Assembly (NCBI GenBank): GCA_946965045.2
Contig: OX337242.1
Location: forward strand, 2,170,001 to 2,234,000
Length of the DNA: 64,000 nt
Direction of reading: 5' to 3'
From: Epithemia pelagica
Taxonomy: Eukaryota; Protista; Bacillariophyta
Every line of letters begins with the position of its first letter. The first letter of the stretch is position 1. The notes under the pieces are model-generated. The model saw nothing but the letters and a program-made list of their open reading frames with translations, did no database searches and had not been told where the DNA came from. Both the position numbers and the translations under genes were made by a program. Positions 10,751-22,722 of the stretch are shown one piece after another.

Positions 10751-11527
10751 AATTCTCACCGTCTATGGTGGTTAGATTCTACATCTCATCGATTCCCCAT
10801 GTCACATAGCCTCGTGCTATCGCATCATGCCCTCTAGCTTCGAGCTATGTTTCCTAGCTTCGCGCTATATCGACCTATATTTCTTCGCAAATCATGAAAA
10901 GTGAGAATAGATTGACGAACTCACTCTCAAGACTAAACTGGGTCGTGCGGTATTACAACGGACGTAAATTTGGCCGTTGCTCGGACATTATACTAACGCC
11001 CTAAGCGTACGCGCCCGAAATCATCGAGCGCGCCCAAGCGACATCCGAGCGCTATCGGCATCTATCCGACCCAACGGTCTAAGTATCCCAAGCACGACAC
11101 ACGATCACGCGAGACCATATTTCCATTCCCACAATCTCCAAATTGTCAACAAGCTGCGCGCCATGAAAACAACTATGCCAACCCAAAGCAAGAACTGTTG
11201 ACCCTGTATATGTTATCCGCCCACATATACATGTCATATACATCACATGAATCAACTCCAACTATTCCAAACCTGTTGCCGCCAAGAACCTATGACACAT
11301 GACCCTTGGCAGGACCGAACATTTCACGTAGACCTATCGTAGTAATCAACACACAATCTAACAATATCACCATTTATCACATCCTCTTTTGTGTCCCGAC
11401 TATCCTTCTGATAGACTTTGACTTGCTTGCTTCTCTGACCCTGAGAAGCTTGTATCGGTTGGTGACCTACCTGATTGTCTGCTCTACCGAGCATCAATGT
11501 CCCTACGATTCAGAAAGAATTGTAACA
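10745..11527 (+). repeat. 3' LTR (783 bp)
   Basis: Direct repeat of 3143-3925; the pol stop codon (TAG 10748-10750) lies inside the LTR start. Confidence 0.97.
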
Positions 11528-11565
11528 CCTGTATCATATCGTATGACGAGGCAACTTGTTGTGGC

Positions 11566-11835
11566 ACCACATACGAGGCAGCATTGTCGGCATGCCTCAT
11601 ATTCTGAGGTCAACAGCCTGTGGTGAACAACCACATACGAGGCAGCACTGTCGGCATGCCTCATATTCTGAGGTCAATAGCCTGTGGTGATATGGCTTGC
11701 AAAACAGCGTGGCTAGCACACTAATTGTTATTATGCTTGAGTTGCATCATAGCCTTCCCCGGGGGCATTATGCTTGAGTTGCGTCATAGCGTTCCCCCTG
11801 CCAGCCGTATCCTCGGCATGATTCTTGAGTTGCGT
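11566..11835. repeat. 2 x 64-bp tandem repeat followed by ~37-bp repeats
   Basis: ACCACATACGAGGCAGCA...GCCTGTGGTGA at 11566 and 11630; ATTATGCTTGAGTTGC(A/G)TCATAGC at 11730 and 11767, partial copy at ~11818. Confidence 0.85.
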
Positions 11836-13477
11836 GGTGCGTAACTGCATTGCTAGCACGCTAAATTCATTCCTTCTGCAAGTCATATCAATGCACGACC
11901 TGGAAACGCACTTATAACCTCAATGCCAAGAATTGGCATTACCCATAGGGCTTGCGTGGCCAATTTGTACATAGGTACGATACGGGGCACATCTTGACAA
12001 TGGTGCACGAACTGTAGTTGTGCTTCCATCCTTTCTTTTTGCTGTTCAGGCTGACTGCCGTTTAAAGCTGCAGCAATTCAACAATTCCTCTCGCTTGAAC
12101 GAGTCATGCATACAATAGGACCAGGCTCATGCCCTTCCTGACGTGGGTGACAAAGTGACCGACGTCTTCCTCTGTTTTATTTGCCAGGGCGAGGCCCATC
12201 TAGGCATTCCAAATCCCATTCACTAACTGGTTCAACCAGACTGTCGATCATGGCTTTAGCAAAAGGAAGGAAAGCACCATCATGCACAAGATATGGATGC
12301 ATTTAAGCCATTTGCTTCCCGTACGTGGGTTGAATAAAGACCAATGCCCATACGTACGAAACTGACCATTGTTCATCCGGATGGTGGTTAGTAGGCCAGC
12401 ATCCAGCACGGCGCTTTTTGTTTTGCATTTAACCTGGTGAGGCCATCTCGCAAATGTGTCACTTGCGTTGACAGCGTTCTTGTCCTCGGGTGGAATGCAG
12501 GAGTGAATCAACTTTCAATTTTTTTTTCCACAGCTCTTCCACAGCATTTCAGGTGAGGTCCTGGTTGTATTCCTCGTATGGGATACCAATGCTCAACAAA
12601 GTCATCTTTCCAACTGACAGCCTTCAAAATATCCACGTTGTGACAGCCGCCGCATTTATGGCATTGGATTGGACACCCCATTTAAATTCTCTGTATTGGA
12701 CTGGACTTTTTGAGCTCAGGCCTAACCGCAATTCTCACAATGCGGTCCCAAACTGAAGAATTGGTATGGCTCATTGTCCGGGTTCGTACTTGATCCAAGA
12801 ACCGAAGAACCCTTTCGGAAGTGCCTTCTGTGGTCAATCCGCCTTGTTGAAAGTGTCAACTGGCAAAGTTCCAGCATGGCAAGAGGTCTTGACTGAGATA
12901 TTCGAGCGCCACTGGACATGGAATATCCGATTGCTCGAATTTGTTTGACCTTGCTGCTATTCGAGCATGCATTCATCTCTTCCGTTCTTATTCTGGGTCG
13001 TTTATGACTCGTTATACGCTGACGAGCCTGTAATTTTCCTTCTGCAGAGGTTGCGATGTTTCTCCTTCCCGATGACTGATTATCACCCATCTCACGCGCC
13101 GATGATTACACGATGTCATACAGCTCTTAGGAAATCAACAGTGATGCTCTGCATGGTGAATGGCTCTGGGTCTGATAAACCGAAAGATTTCTACAGCAGC
13201 AACAATCCATCGTAGGACACGCATGGGTGCAAGGGATAACTTCGGGTTTCTACAAGAGATTATGCTACCTCCCACACATTGGAGGGTCGCCAGTTTAGAG
13301 GTCCACATCGCCATTTTGGGGCGACGTGGGCGATTAGTTCATAGATGGGCGATCGGGTCACGGGTTACTGTGAACCTTAACATAGCTCAGTCCCGCATGA
13401 CATTGTGACATTGCGAAACTTATTCGAAATCCCCAATGTACCAGCACACACAATACCAATAGTAGCAACCAATTGTG

Positions 13478-14707
13478 ATGAGACTGACACGGCACGAACA
13501 AGCTCGGCGGTCGGGCCTTGTTCTGGAAGAGGCAGCCAAATGGAGTACCAACGACTGGCCTCCTCTTGAGGGTGGATGGCGTTGCGATCATGCTACGGTC
13601 GTACTCGATCATCCCGATACGAACGACGACGACAACAACAACAACAAGGGGCAGACGGTGGTTCTATTGGGAGGACTTGAACGATTTTACCTTCCCTCGA
13701 ATTCCGTTCTTGTACTAAATTTAGCAGAATCCAACAAGCAGTGGCGAAGAGGGCCACCCATGAACCTGAGTCGTGATGGACATGCTGCTGTGGTGTGAAA
13801 TGGCGGCGTTTATGTCTTGGGAGGATCCCATTCTTGTCATTCCAGTTTCCATGATATCGAACGGATCGATGCCCATGAGTTGCTGGAACCATCCGTATCG
13901 TCTTACAGCAGCTTCTCAAGAAGGAGCCAATGGACGACGTTAAACTGTCAACTATCGACGGAACGCCGAGGATGTTGTGCGGTTGCGGTTCACAACCGCT
14001 ACATTGTCGTCATGGGTGGACGGGTCCGTGGAAAATACTTGGCGTCGGTGGACATTTTGGATACGAGCAACGACACTGTCCTGGAGGGGCCCTCCATGAA
14101 GGTTCCTCGATCCTATTGTGCCAGTGCGGTCATTGGTCACCGCATCTTTGTGGTGGGAGGCTGCGGGGAACGGTTGGTGGAATATTTGGAGTTTGCATCG
14201 CTGTGCGACAAAGACGAGACCAAAGAAAAAGAACGTGATTCTTCTACAATCCTTTCCGCCTTGTCGTCGTCTGGTTGGACGACTCGATCGGATTGGATGC
14301 TGTTTGCCCCCCGGTTTACTTGTACCATGGTTGCCATGGGATCGTGTCTGGTGTTGGCGGGGCTAGGCTCCCGAACAGTCGATGTCTTGGATACCTGCCG
14401 CAACCGTTGGTGGACTCTCCCACCCCTCGGGCATTGTCGCAATGGCTGGAATCACCGCAATGGGTGCCGAATGGTGGCGGTGGCCAAGCAAAAAGTGGCC
14501 GTGATTGGGGGAACGGGGATTCGGGGACATCGAAATGACTCGTGTGCGACACTGCCTCTGATCCTCGATGACCGTCATTCCTGGTGTTTTGGTCAACTCT
14601 GTGAACAACATCCCAACGAATGGTGGTGGTATCATCAGTGTCTCGCGGCCGCCACTTTAACTCTCTCCTCCTCCCCCTCCACAACAAGACGAGTTTCGGA
14701 TCCCTAA
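13478..14707 (+). pseudogene. Kelch-repeat protein interrupted by an in-frame TGA (13796-13798)
   Basis: ORFs 13475-13798 and 13817-14707 share a frame; read-through gives HAAVV*NGGVYVLGG; further kelch motifs YIVVMGG, IFVVGG, VAVIGG. Confidence 0.8.
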
Positions 14708-14717
14708 AAGCGAGTTT

Positions 14718-15181
14718 TATTTGGTCGACGTAATTGGTGTCGGGCTGACATCGCGTGTCTTTCGGGCCATTTCCAAAAAGCATTCTGGTGAATGTGTCAT
14801 CAAGATGTATGTCCGTAAGTACGATGAAGCGGAGAACTACGCTACTATTGAGAAAAGCAAATTCAAGAGCAATGCTAAGAAGGCAATGGATCTCGAGCAT
14901 TGCCTTCTTACCATTGCACTTGAATTTGCTTTGCCGAAACTGTTTGATTGTGTTGGACGCCATGTGTACGTTCTGGAATTGAAGGATAAGGTGGCATATA
15001 AGTTCTACGAGCAATCGTTCGACGAAATTAAGTCTTAGACCATATCTCTTCTGAAAAATGAAACCGAGTTGTATTTGGTCGACGTGATTGGTGTCTTCGG
15101 GCTTACATCGCGTGTCTTTCGGGCCATTTCCAAAAAGCATTCTTGTGAATGTGTCATCAAGATGTATGTCCGTAAGTGGAA
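14718..15181 (+). pseudogene. Protein kinase N-lobe remnant with a partial tandem duplicate
   Basis: LVDVIGVGLTSRVFRA (Gly-rich loop) and CVIKMY (beta3 Lys) at ~14718 and again at ~15072; no HRD/DFG region follows. Confidence 0.6.
14854..14932. repeat. 35-bp inverted repeat (hairpin) with a 9-nt loop
   Basis: AAAGCAAATTCAAGAGCAATGCTAAGAAGGCAATG / GATCTCGAG / CATTGCCTTCTTACCATTGCACTTGAATTTGCTTT; 33 of 35 positions complementary. Confidence 0.9.
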
Positions 15182-16051
15182 TTAGGAACCATAGAAGAAA
15201 CATTGGTCACATTGATTATTTGCTCCGCCCTACCTATAGTTAGGCGAGGTCCCTTGGGACGACAAACTACCACAGCTTTCTGTCGATGGCCAAAGCACAG
15301 TCAGTGGGACTGGCAACGCTGTGTGGAAAACGGGCCCGAGCCTCCCATTGCATTTCACCACACTTTTTCGGTGGATAGAAAGCACCCAGTGGCACTCGAA
15401 GTCGATATCTATGCTTTCATTGGATCGACCTGCCTCCCATCACACATAATATGAAGGAGGGAATCCTTTCAAATTTTCTAGATGCAACAGAGAATCTGTG
15501 AAAGTACCAAGACTCTATATCGTCCGACGACCAATGATGGCTCTTCCTTAGGTAGGTAGCATCAGTAGGAGGTAGGATTGGGCGGCGATGAGACCACAGA
15601 AATGAATGCAAATTCAATCCCATGCATTAGCTTCCACATCACATTGCACAGTGCTGTTCAGTCCAACTGAACACACGAGCAAACATAATACATTTAGAAC
15701 AATATACAATACCATTCTTTCGTTCATGGAACTACAGCAACGATATTGTTGAGAAGCTTTAGTCGCCAGGCAAATAGATCAAAAAGATTGAAACAGCAGA
15801 AGCTTGCTTCCTCCGACGATGAATAGGACTCCTATCGTCACTGAGCGGCGACTGGAGTTTGATGACGAACACACTCTATCGGTTTCTTTGATCGACAGTA
15901 GGAGATTCGTCCATTGAAAGAACAAAGAGTACCACCCAAGAGGCGGACTTCATGCACAGCAGTGGAATGCACGAATCGAGGATTGGACTTGCGGATAATT
16001 TGTCCCGTGTCGTCGTTTCCCTTGACCCAGGACCATCTCTTTGTTTTCTGT

Positions 16052-19000
16052 TCATGTTCCACCAATTTTCGTGTCACCATCATGCTGTTGTTCATGTTCC
16101 AAGTGTTCTTCCACTGAGTGGCTTTGAATCGCACATTTCCCCGATTCTGATACGGGATCTGCATCCTTCGAAGCAGGTTCGACCAAGGAAGACGACGGTG
16201 ACAGGATGGATAAAAACGAACTGTAAAGTGGAGGAGGACGAGCTTCAATGGTCCAACCGATTCGACCAGGACTCGCATCTCCATCTCCGGGATGTTCGGA
16301 AAGAGAAGCAGAGTGGTCGGTCTGCTCTTTCCCTGTGGAGGGCAGTTTCGGGGCAGGCCTTTGTTCCGGAACAGGAACGCCACCACCTTCCGTCTTAGAC
16401 AATACGTCATCATTAGAAGATGATTCGGGCTTAACCGAATAGAAAGAGCTGTACAAAGGACGAAGACGACTACTGTTGCTGGTTCCTTCATCCTGATCCT
16501 TTGTTGCCACAGCTGGTGCAACTGTTACTTCCGACGGATCCTCTCCACTGGATTTTGCATCGTCATTGTCGTTGCTGGGTGTTGCCTGTTCCATTTCATC
16601 CGAAGGTTCGACCAGGGCAATGGCAACACGGGCATGCCATTGCTGAGCTGTCATTTCATCCGACTCATGAGCCTGCTCCATCTTGCTGCTGGAGTGCAGC
16701 ACTTGCGACATGAACCGTGCGCATCCACCAGGGACCACTGAACGGACAGGAAGAGGAGGAGGAGGAGTATTCTGTCGAGAGTGTTGAAGCCGCTGTGAAC
16801 CGCGTTTACTGGCCACGGTGAAAATGGGAACAAAAATCACCAACAACATGGACATGCATACGGCCAGCATTAATCCAACACTGAGCGAATAACGGGCAAC
16901 AGTATTGTTTTCTTGGACAAGAAACCCAACCGGTATACCCACCACAGCGAGTTGGGCCCAACTGAAAATGGCAATGCCCAAATATTTGGATTCACTGAAT
17001 TCGCTGCTAATATTCCGTGCCTGGAGGCTTGCCAACAAGTCATGAGGAATCCCACAGCACCCAAGGACACAATACCCGACAAGAACACCTTGCCGGATCC
17101 ACCTTGCTTCCCAAACGTACACCGTCCGTACGAATTCCAGGGTTGATTATCCACCACGACGCGTTCCCATCTCAATGGATCGAGAACCGTCCAAAGGAAT
17201 AGCATGACAAGATTGAGTGCCACGATAGTAGCCGTGGGCAAAATGACATCTTGTTCGCGGACTTGTATGCGTCGAAAGCTTTGGGAGCTAAACAATTTGT
17301 TGATGCGCCACAATTTGGAAAAGAGAGCCGAGACGGAAATGGAAAATCCAATCGAGAGCAACCATGGTTTGGCCATACAGGCACGATCGCAGGCCTGCTG
17401 GGATGCGACACCATCGTCGATGCTTATTGGGATGAGAGTCGATCCCATGACAAAGACACCAAGGCACAAGGTCATGAGAAAGACTGGTTGCATGGTACAG
17501 ACCACCCGCGTTGTTCGTCGGCATTGGACCAAAATGGCAAAGGACAGAGCTGTGAGCATGATGAGTGCTGCCGAGGTATATCCAAAGGCCGTGACACCTT
17601 CCAAGTGATTTTGTTGGGTAGACATGGACAACCGTGCCACAATGTCAAATTTGAACTTGTAACCTGGGCACGAGCTGAAATCGTTACGCGATGTGTTGGT
17701 ATTCATGACATTTAACAGAACGCTCGAGGTGTCTGTACCGGCAATGCGCTGGGAGGGATCAAAGATGATCTTCATGCTCAACTGTTGATTGGGTTCCAAG
17801 AGATACGACACGGGAGTGACATGCGAATGAGGACTGCCTGGATCTTGTGACATTGCGAGAAGTTGATCGCTAGAATTAGTATCGTGGGAGTGATCCGACA
17901 TCCATTCAGTGTGATAGGCAGACTCGCTTGTGTTGGAGTGGCTATCATGATTGTCGCTTGTGGAAAGCACTAAATCCAGGTTGGTCGGCAATGCCAATGT
18001 CTCAGGAATAACCACAACGGAAAAGGGTTCTGTATTGGTCAAGGTTACCACATCCGTCAATGGTTGGGAAGAAAATGCTTGTCCTTGCAAGGCACTCGAC
18101 GGTTTGGAAAAGATGACCCCTTGATAGGTCGGACAGGGCTCGCATTGTAACAAAGACGACGACCAATACGTGACACCGGTCACACAATCGTCTCGTTCTT
18201 GGTATGCCGAAAATGCACCCCGATTCATCCATTCATTGTCTCCAGTCTTGTTGTTGCTGGAAAGAACTGCGAATGGTGCTAGTAGGCTCGTCGTCGTTTT
18301 TCCGATGTTGAATTTGAATCCGTCCCTGAACTTGAGGAATATAGGTTTGATTTTGTTCAAAATAGACGGCTTTTAAATAGTCCAAGACATCTTGTTTCAA
18401 ATCACAGTCCGATACTTTGGTGGCGGGTTCTCCGGCTTCCACCAAGGTTTCCGCACTGACTGTGGATGGGAAATTGGAAAAGGTGGCACACAAATGTTGG
18501 CACGATGCGACCCGATAGAGCAGGGTCCGTACGACCGTATCGTACTCGTGTGTGGTAGGATTCCAAATGTCAATGGCCGTGACTTGATTCCACGGACGGT
18601 CTTGTTTGTCACTGTCATTGGTGGAAGGTTTCCCGTAGGCATGGAGTGTCACGCGCATTCCCGCGACTTGGAGGAACCGACCACCCGTTTTGGTGCCGGT
18701 ATCGAATCCATCCAAGGTAGCCGTGGCCACGGATACTTGCATCAATCGTACCAAGGACAAGCCCGTCATGGTCATGGCACAGCGTTGTGTGGCATAGGGA
18801 ATATTTTCCAAGACTTCCAGGGTCCGAATTTCCCCCGCGGGCCATCCCGGACCTCGCACCATGAACGAGGGAACAACGGCCACCACGGGCAAGGAATACG
18901 ATGATGGTGACGACTCGTCGTCAGGACTGTGTGTTTCTTGAGTGGTTGTGGTTGTCATTGTGGTTGTGGTCCATGACGAGGCTGTCGCATTCACATTGTT

Positions 19001-20641
19001 GGTCGGGACAGACGCATGACGATTGGTCTCCCACCAGACCAAGGCATCGGCCACTAAATTGCCCATGGCACATTCTCCGGCATAACAGGTCCGCCATGCT
19101 TGCTTCTGGTTCTTGTCTTCGTTCCATACTTGGACTTGAGTCGCCGGCATGGCTTGCGTGGCGACCCCTTGTTCGGTTTGCAAGGAGGTTTCCAAGGCTT
19201 CCCAGGCATGGACGTGAATGCCGTGCCAGGTGGAAGCATCCATTTGGGCAGATGCCGTCGGTGTGGTCAAGGACTCATCCAACACGTGCACTTTGGAGAT
19301 TCGACCGGTTGGACCAGATCGAACAATGCGAACTTGATGATAGTGGGTTGGACGCTGCCGATAACTCACCAGCCATGGAATACGAGGACAAGTACCATCC
19401 GCATCATCATCCATGGTTGGTGCATCACACCACGAAGAAGAAGAAGAAACAGAGGAAGACCACAGGGGTTGTACCAAAACAGATTGCTTCTTGTCGTCTG
19501 GTTGTTGGTGTTGATGCAGGGCATGGCCCCACAAATCTACGACAAGGTGTGGTTGATGATGAAATCGTGCTTCCAATGGTTCTTGTTGTGTTTGTGATTG
19601 TTGTGATTGTTGTTGTTGTTGTTGGAGTGCTTGCACAAAGGCATGATAGTTGCTGGTACATGCATCGTCCCAGACAAGGACGGGTGTCAAACAATGGTCG
19701 GGACGTATTCTTTTTCTTGTTTTTGTGGAATCATCGGATGGCGACGACGAGGACAACCAGGTTTGTTCCCAGGGAGCCGTTACCAAAGATTCATTGGTTT
19801 GAATGCGGGTCCACCAATCGGAAAAGGACGATGTTGATGCTGTGACATTGTTGCTGTCGTTGTCGTTGTTGTTGTTTGAAAGAGAACGACTTGCAAACCC
19901 CGACGCCCATGCGGAACCTTCCCACCACACTGACGACGCCTCCTGGTCCGAATTGTTGTTGTTGTTGCTCCCAAAAACCTGCCGACGATTCCATGAACAC
20001 TGTCGCGCAGCATTGAGTTTGGCCACCTGTTGCAACAAGGCTTGAGTGGCCGCGACTTGCGTGTCGAGATTGTAGACTCGTTCCTTGGTCAAATAGAGCA
20101 TGGCCAAACGGGTGGCTTCGTCCACGTACAGGGATTGCACAAAGCCATGCCATGGATTGGTCGGACTGAGTACCGCATTGCTAATCACGGCGCAAAAGTC
20201 GGGATCTTGTGCATGATAGACTGTCTCGGCCGGCAATCGATTTGGCCAGGTCGTATAGGCTGGTACGGTCCATGTCCGCCACTGCAAGGCACCACGCAAG
20301 ATCAAGACATTGACGCCAAAGGCAAATTGCGACAAGGCCGTCAAGGGAGCCTTGAAATCGCCCATGGGCATGACCAAAAAGGGTTCGTTGGCTTCTCTGT
20401 CGTCGTCCAATCCCTTGGCGGTCTCGGTCGTTTCGCTCATGGTTGCCGTACGGTTCGGTTCGTCGTCTTTTGGTGAAAGTTGTTGTTGTTGTTGATAGGA
20501 GTTTACCAAGGCGTGTACGGCTGCCACACCTCCTGTCGAACACTCGGGTGCCAGGACCGATAGTCGTACATTATCCTGGGTTCCATTCGGATCTGCGAGG
20601 AGGATTGGTGCGCATAAACTGCCGCTGCCGCAGCTGCACAT
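16052..20641 (-). pseudogene. 5'-nucleotidase-like ectodomain fused to a class C (GABA-B-like) 7TM receptor; two frame breaks (~18290 and ~17024)
   Basis: 5'-nucleotidase C-terminal motifs CYAGECAMGNLVADAL, IPYAT, GRFLQVAGM, YIPQVQGRI; 7tm_3 motifs QPVFL, SALFSKLWRI, WTVLDPL, ARNISSEFSESKY; restoring one base turns WQA-S-R into WQAYQARNI. Confidence 0.8.
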
Positions 20642-21663
20642 TCCCGCAATCCACCCGACAACAAGGGAGCATTGGTCACCACCAAATTCACGACAACATC
20701 ATCATCCTCCTCGATCCAGGAAGACGACGACGACATCATGGTTCATGATGATGAGGATGAACACTAAAGGCGCAATTCCATAGATCTCTCTTCTCACTGT
20801 CGGTGTGTTGGTGTGTTGGTGGCAGATGAAGAAGGGCAAGATTCAGTTGGAATTATTACTCGTAATTAATAGTTGAGCACTTCCTATATTCCTGTACTCT
20901 CCTATAACAACTTCCGGAAGAAGGCACGAGTGGGCAATAGGCAATAGTAAAAGGTGTCGCATCCAACATCCAATAACTAATAACAAAAGGAAACATCAGA
21001 ATGACTTTTCCCATTCGAAAACAATAACAAGAAAGAAGAAAGCGACATGACTCAAACAAGTGGATTGGGTATACAATAGCCCACGGGTGATGTCATCCAT
21101 ATTCCATATCATCTGTTCGCCTCCAAGAGTCCCAAGCTATTGTATGCCAAATGACGGATTGACTGGTGACAGATAAGTGACCAAATTTGGTACCTCTAGA
21201 AGTACGAGAGTCGATACATGCTCCTACCTCTAGTAGCTACCTAGAGGTTATGTATGCCTGTCATATCTCAAGAGAGGCACTGAGCTTCAGAATGGACTCC
21301 TTACCGTCCACCTAGTTTTAAACTTTGGCGTGTTTGGTGTCATCCACGCATGAGTAGTGGCACTTCCATCATACAGTTTCTGAAGGAACGCGATCCCCTT
21401 CCTCGGCCCCATTGTATTGCTTCATTGTCGTGCTGTTTTAGAGATGTAATAGGATCAAAGGGATTATTATTATTATTTGCCTTCCAACAACATTTCAAGA
21501 AACTCCATCAAGCGGTCGGATGAAACCAACAAGTGTTGCCGATGGTTTGTCCAAACTCCAAACACCAAATGTAAAGCAAGCTACCTACCTAGGACCTAGG
21601 TAGGTCAAAGTAAAATTTGGCCACGTGGTCATAACGTCATATGCACACTAGATTTCAGGTCGA

Positions 21664-21698
21664 CCCCCCATACCCCAATACCCAATACCCCATACCCC
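21664..21698 (-). other. Potential G-quadruplex (five G-tracts on the minus strand)
   Basis: Minus strand reads GGGG TAT GGGG TATT GGG TATT GGGG TAT GGGGGG. Confidence 0.6.
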
Positions 21699-21721
21699 AC
21701 TAGATATGACGATGGCATAGC

Positions 21722-22267
21722 CTACCACTCAGGAAGGAAGAGTTTGCTGTCCAATGTCCTGGGCACCGGAAGCTCTCGAGAAGCGGCCTTGCATTCGGGT
21801 GTAAACAACCGAGGAGGAGATAGTAAGTCTTCTCCATCAGACATTGGTGATTCAAAACAATAACCACTCGCAGACATGCGGCGGCTTGAGGGAAGAGGCG
21901 AAAGCAAGCTTGCGTCCACTATCTCTTCATCATCGGAATCATTGTCGCTGTGTGGTGAGACTGGGGTTGCAATGGACGCAGCAGGCTTGCGAAGGTGCGT
22001 AATCACAGGTCGTGTGCCATGTGTAGGTCTTGGTTGCAAACACCGTTTCCTTCTTCCCAATGACGCTCCGTCGGGAAACACAAGGAAGAATCCGTCAAGA
22101 GTATCATCTTCGGTTGCCGCATCTTGAAACTTCCGTTCGGCATTCTTCATTGTTCCTAGTGAAAGGAGGATATCACCAGTCGCACCGTAGCTCTTGTGCA
22201 ACGACCGCTTACTGCCTTTCCAGCACGATGCGTTTTTCTTGTTGAAAATGGGAGTTGTCAGTGTCAT
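21722..22267 (-). CDS. Hypothetical protein (~181 aa from first ATG), Ser/Pro-rich disordered C-terminus
   Basis: Open frame with ATG at 22267; protein-like composition; no family recognised. Confidence 0.55.
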   Translation of the reverse strand: MTLTTPIFNKKNASCWKGSKRSLHKSYGATGDILLSLGTMKNAERKFQDAATEDDTLDGFFLVFPDGASLGRRKRCLQPRPTHGTRPVITHLRKPAASIATPVSPHSDNDSDDEEIVDASLLSPLPSSRRMSASGYCFESPMSDGEDLLSPPRLFTPECKAASRELPVPRTLDSKLFLPEW

Positions 22268-22409
22268 GCTTGATGGGATGAAGATCTCTGGCAGTTGCTT
22301 CGAATGGAGAAAGTTGAAGAGTAGTGGCGGCTCTGTTTTTGATCCGACGAATATCAAAATTGTGGGACAGACTTGTCTTTTCGAAAAGACAAGAGACGAA
22401 AAAGTGGTG

Positions 22410-22722
22410 CCAAGCGAATGTATGTCCGAAGATTAAACGCATGGAGTTGGCAAATCTGAGGTTCGACTCAACCCTGACGTTGGAAGTGGTTGATCTGCGT
22501 ACTTCGTATCATCCAAGCGAATGTATGTCCGAAGATAAAACGCATGGAGTTGGCAAATCTGAGATTCGACTCAACCCTGACGTTGGAAGTGGTTAATCTG
22601 CGTACTTCGTATCATCCAAGCGAATGTATGTCCGAAGATAAAACGCATGGAGTTGGCAAATCTGAGATTCGACTCAACCCTGACGTTGGAAGTGGTTAAT
22701 CTGCGTACTTCGTATCATCCAA
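22410..22722. repeat. 3 x 103-bp tandem repeat
   Basis: CCAAGCGAATGTATGTCCGAAGAT...CGTACTTCGTATCAT starts at 22410, 22513 and 22616, near-identical. Confidence 0.95.

Larger units (their letters stand above)
3143..11527 (+). mobile_element. Full-length Ty1/copia LTR retrotransposon (diatom CoDi-like)
   Basis: 783-bp direct LTRs with TGTTA...TAACA ends; 5-bp TSD CCTGT at 3138-3142 and 11528-11532; uninterrupted gag-pol ORF in copia order PR-IN-RT-RH; short purine tract GGGGAG before the 3' LTR. Confidence 0.98.

Noticed and set aside
14854-14932. Hairpin as a SECIS for the kelch TGA
   Set aside because: No UGA/GA non-Watson-Crick core and no apical AA motif in the right position.
14316-15203. 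295-aa minus-strand ORF
   Set aside because: Antisense to the kelch tail and kinase remnant; its internal repeats mirror the duplication and hairpin.
22455-22475. GGTTCGACTC as part of a tRNA gene
   Set aside because: No cloverleaf, no correctly spaced A-box; the motif is altered in the other two repeat units.
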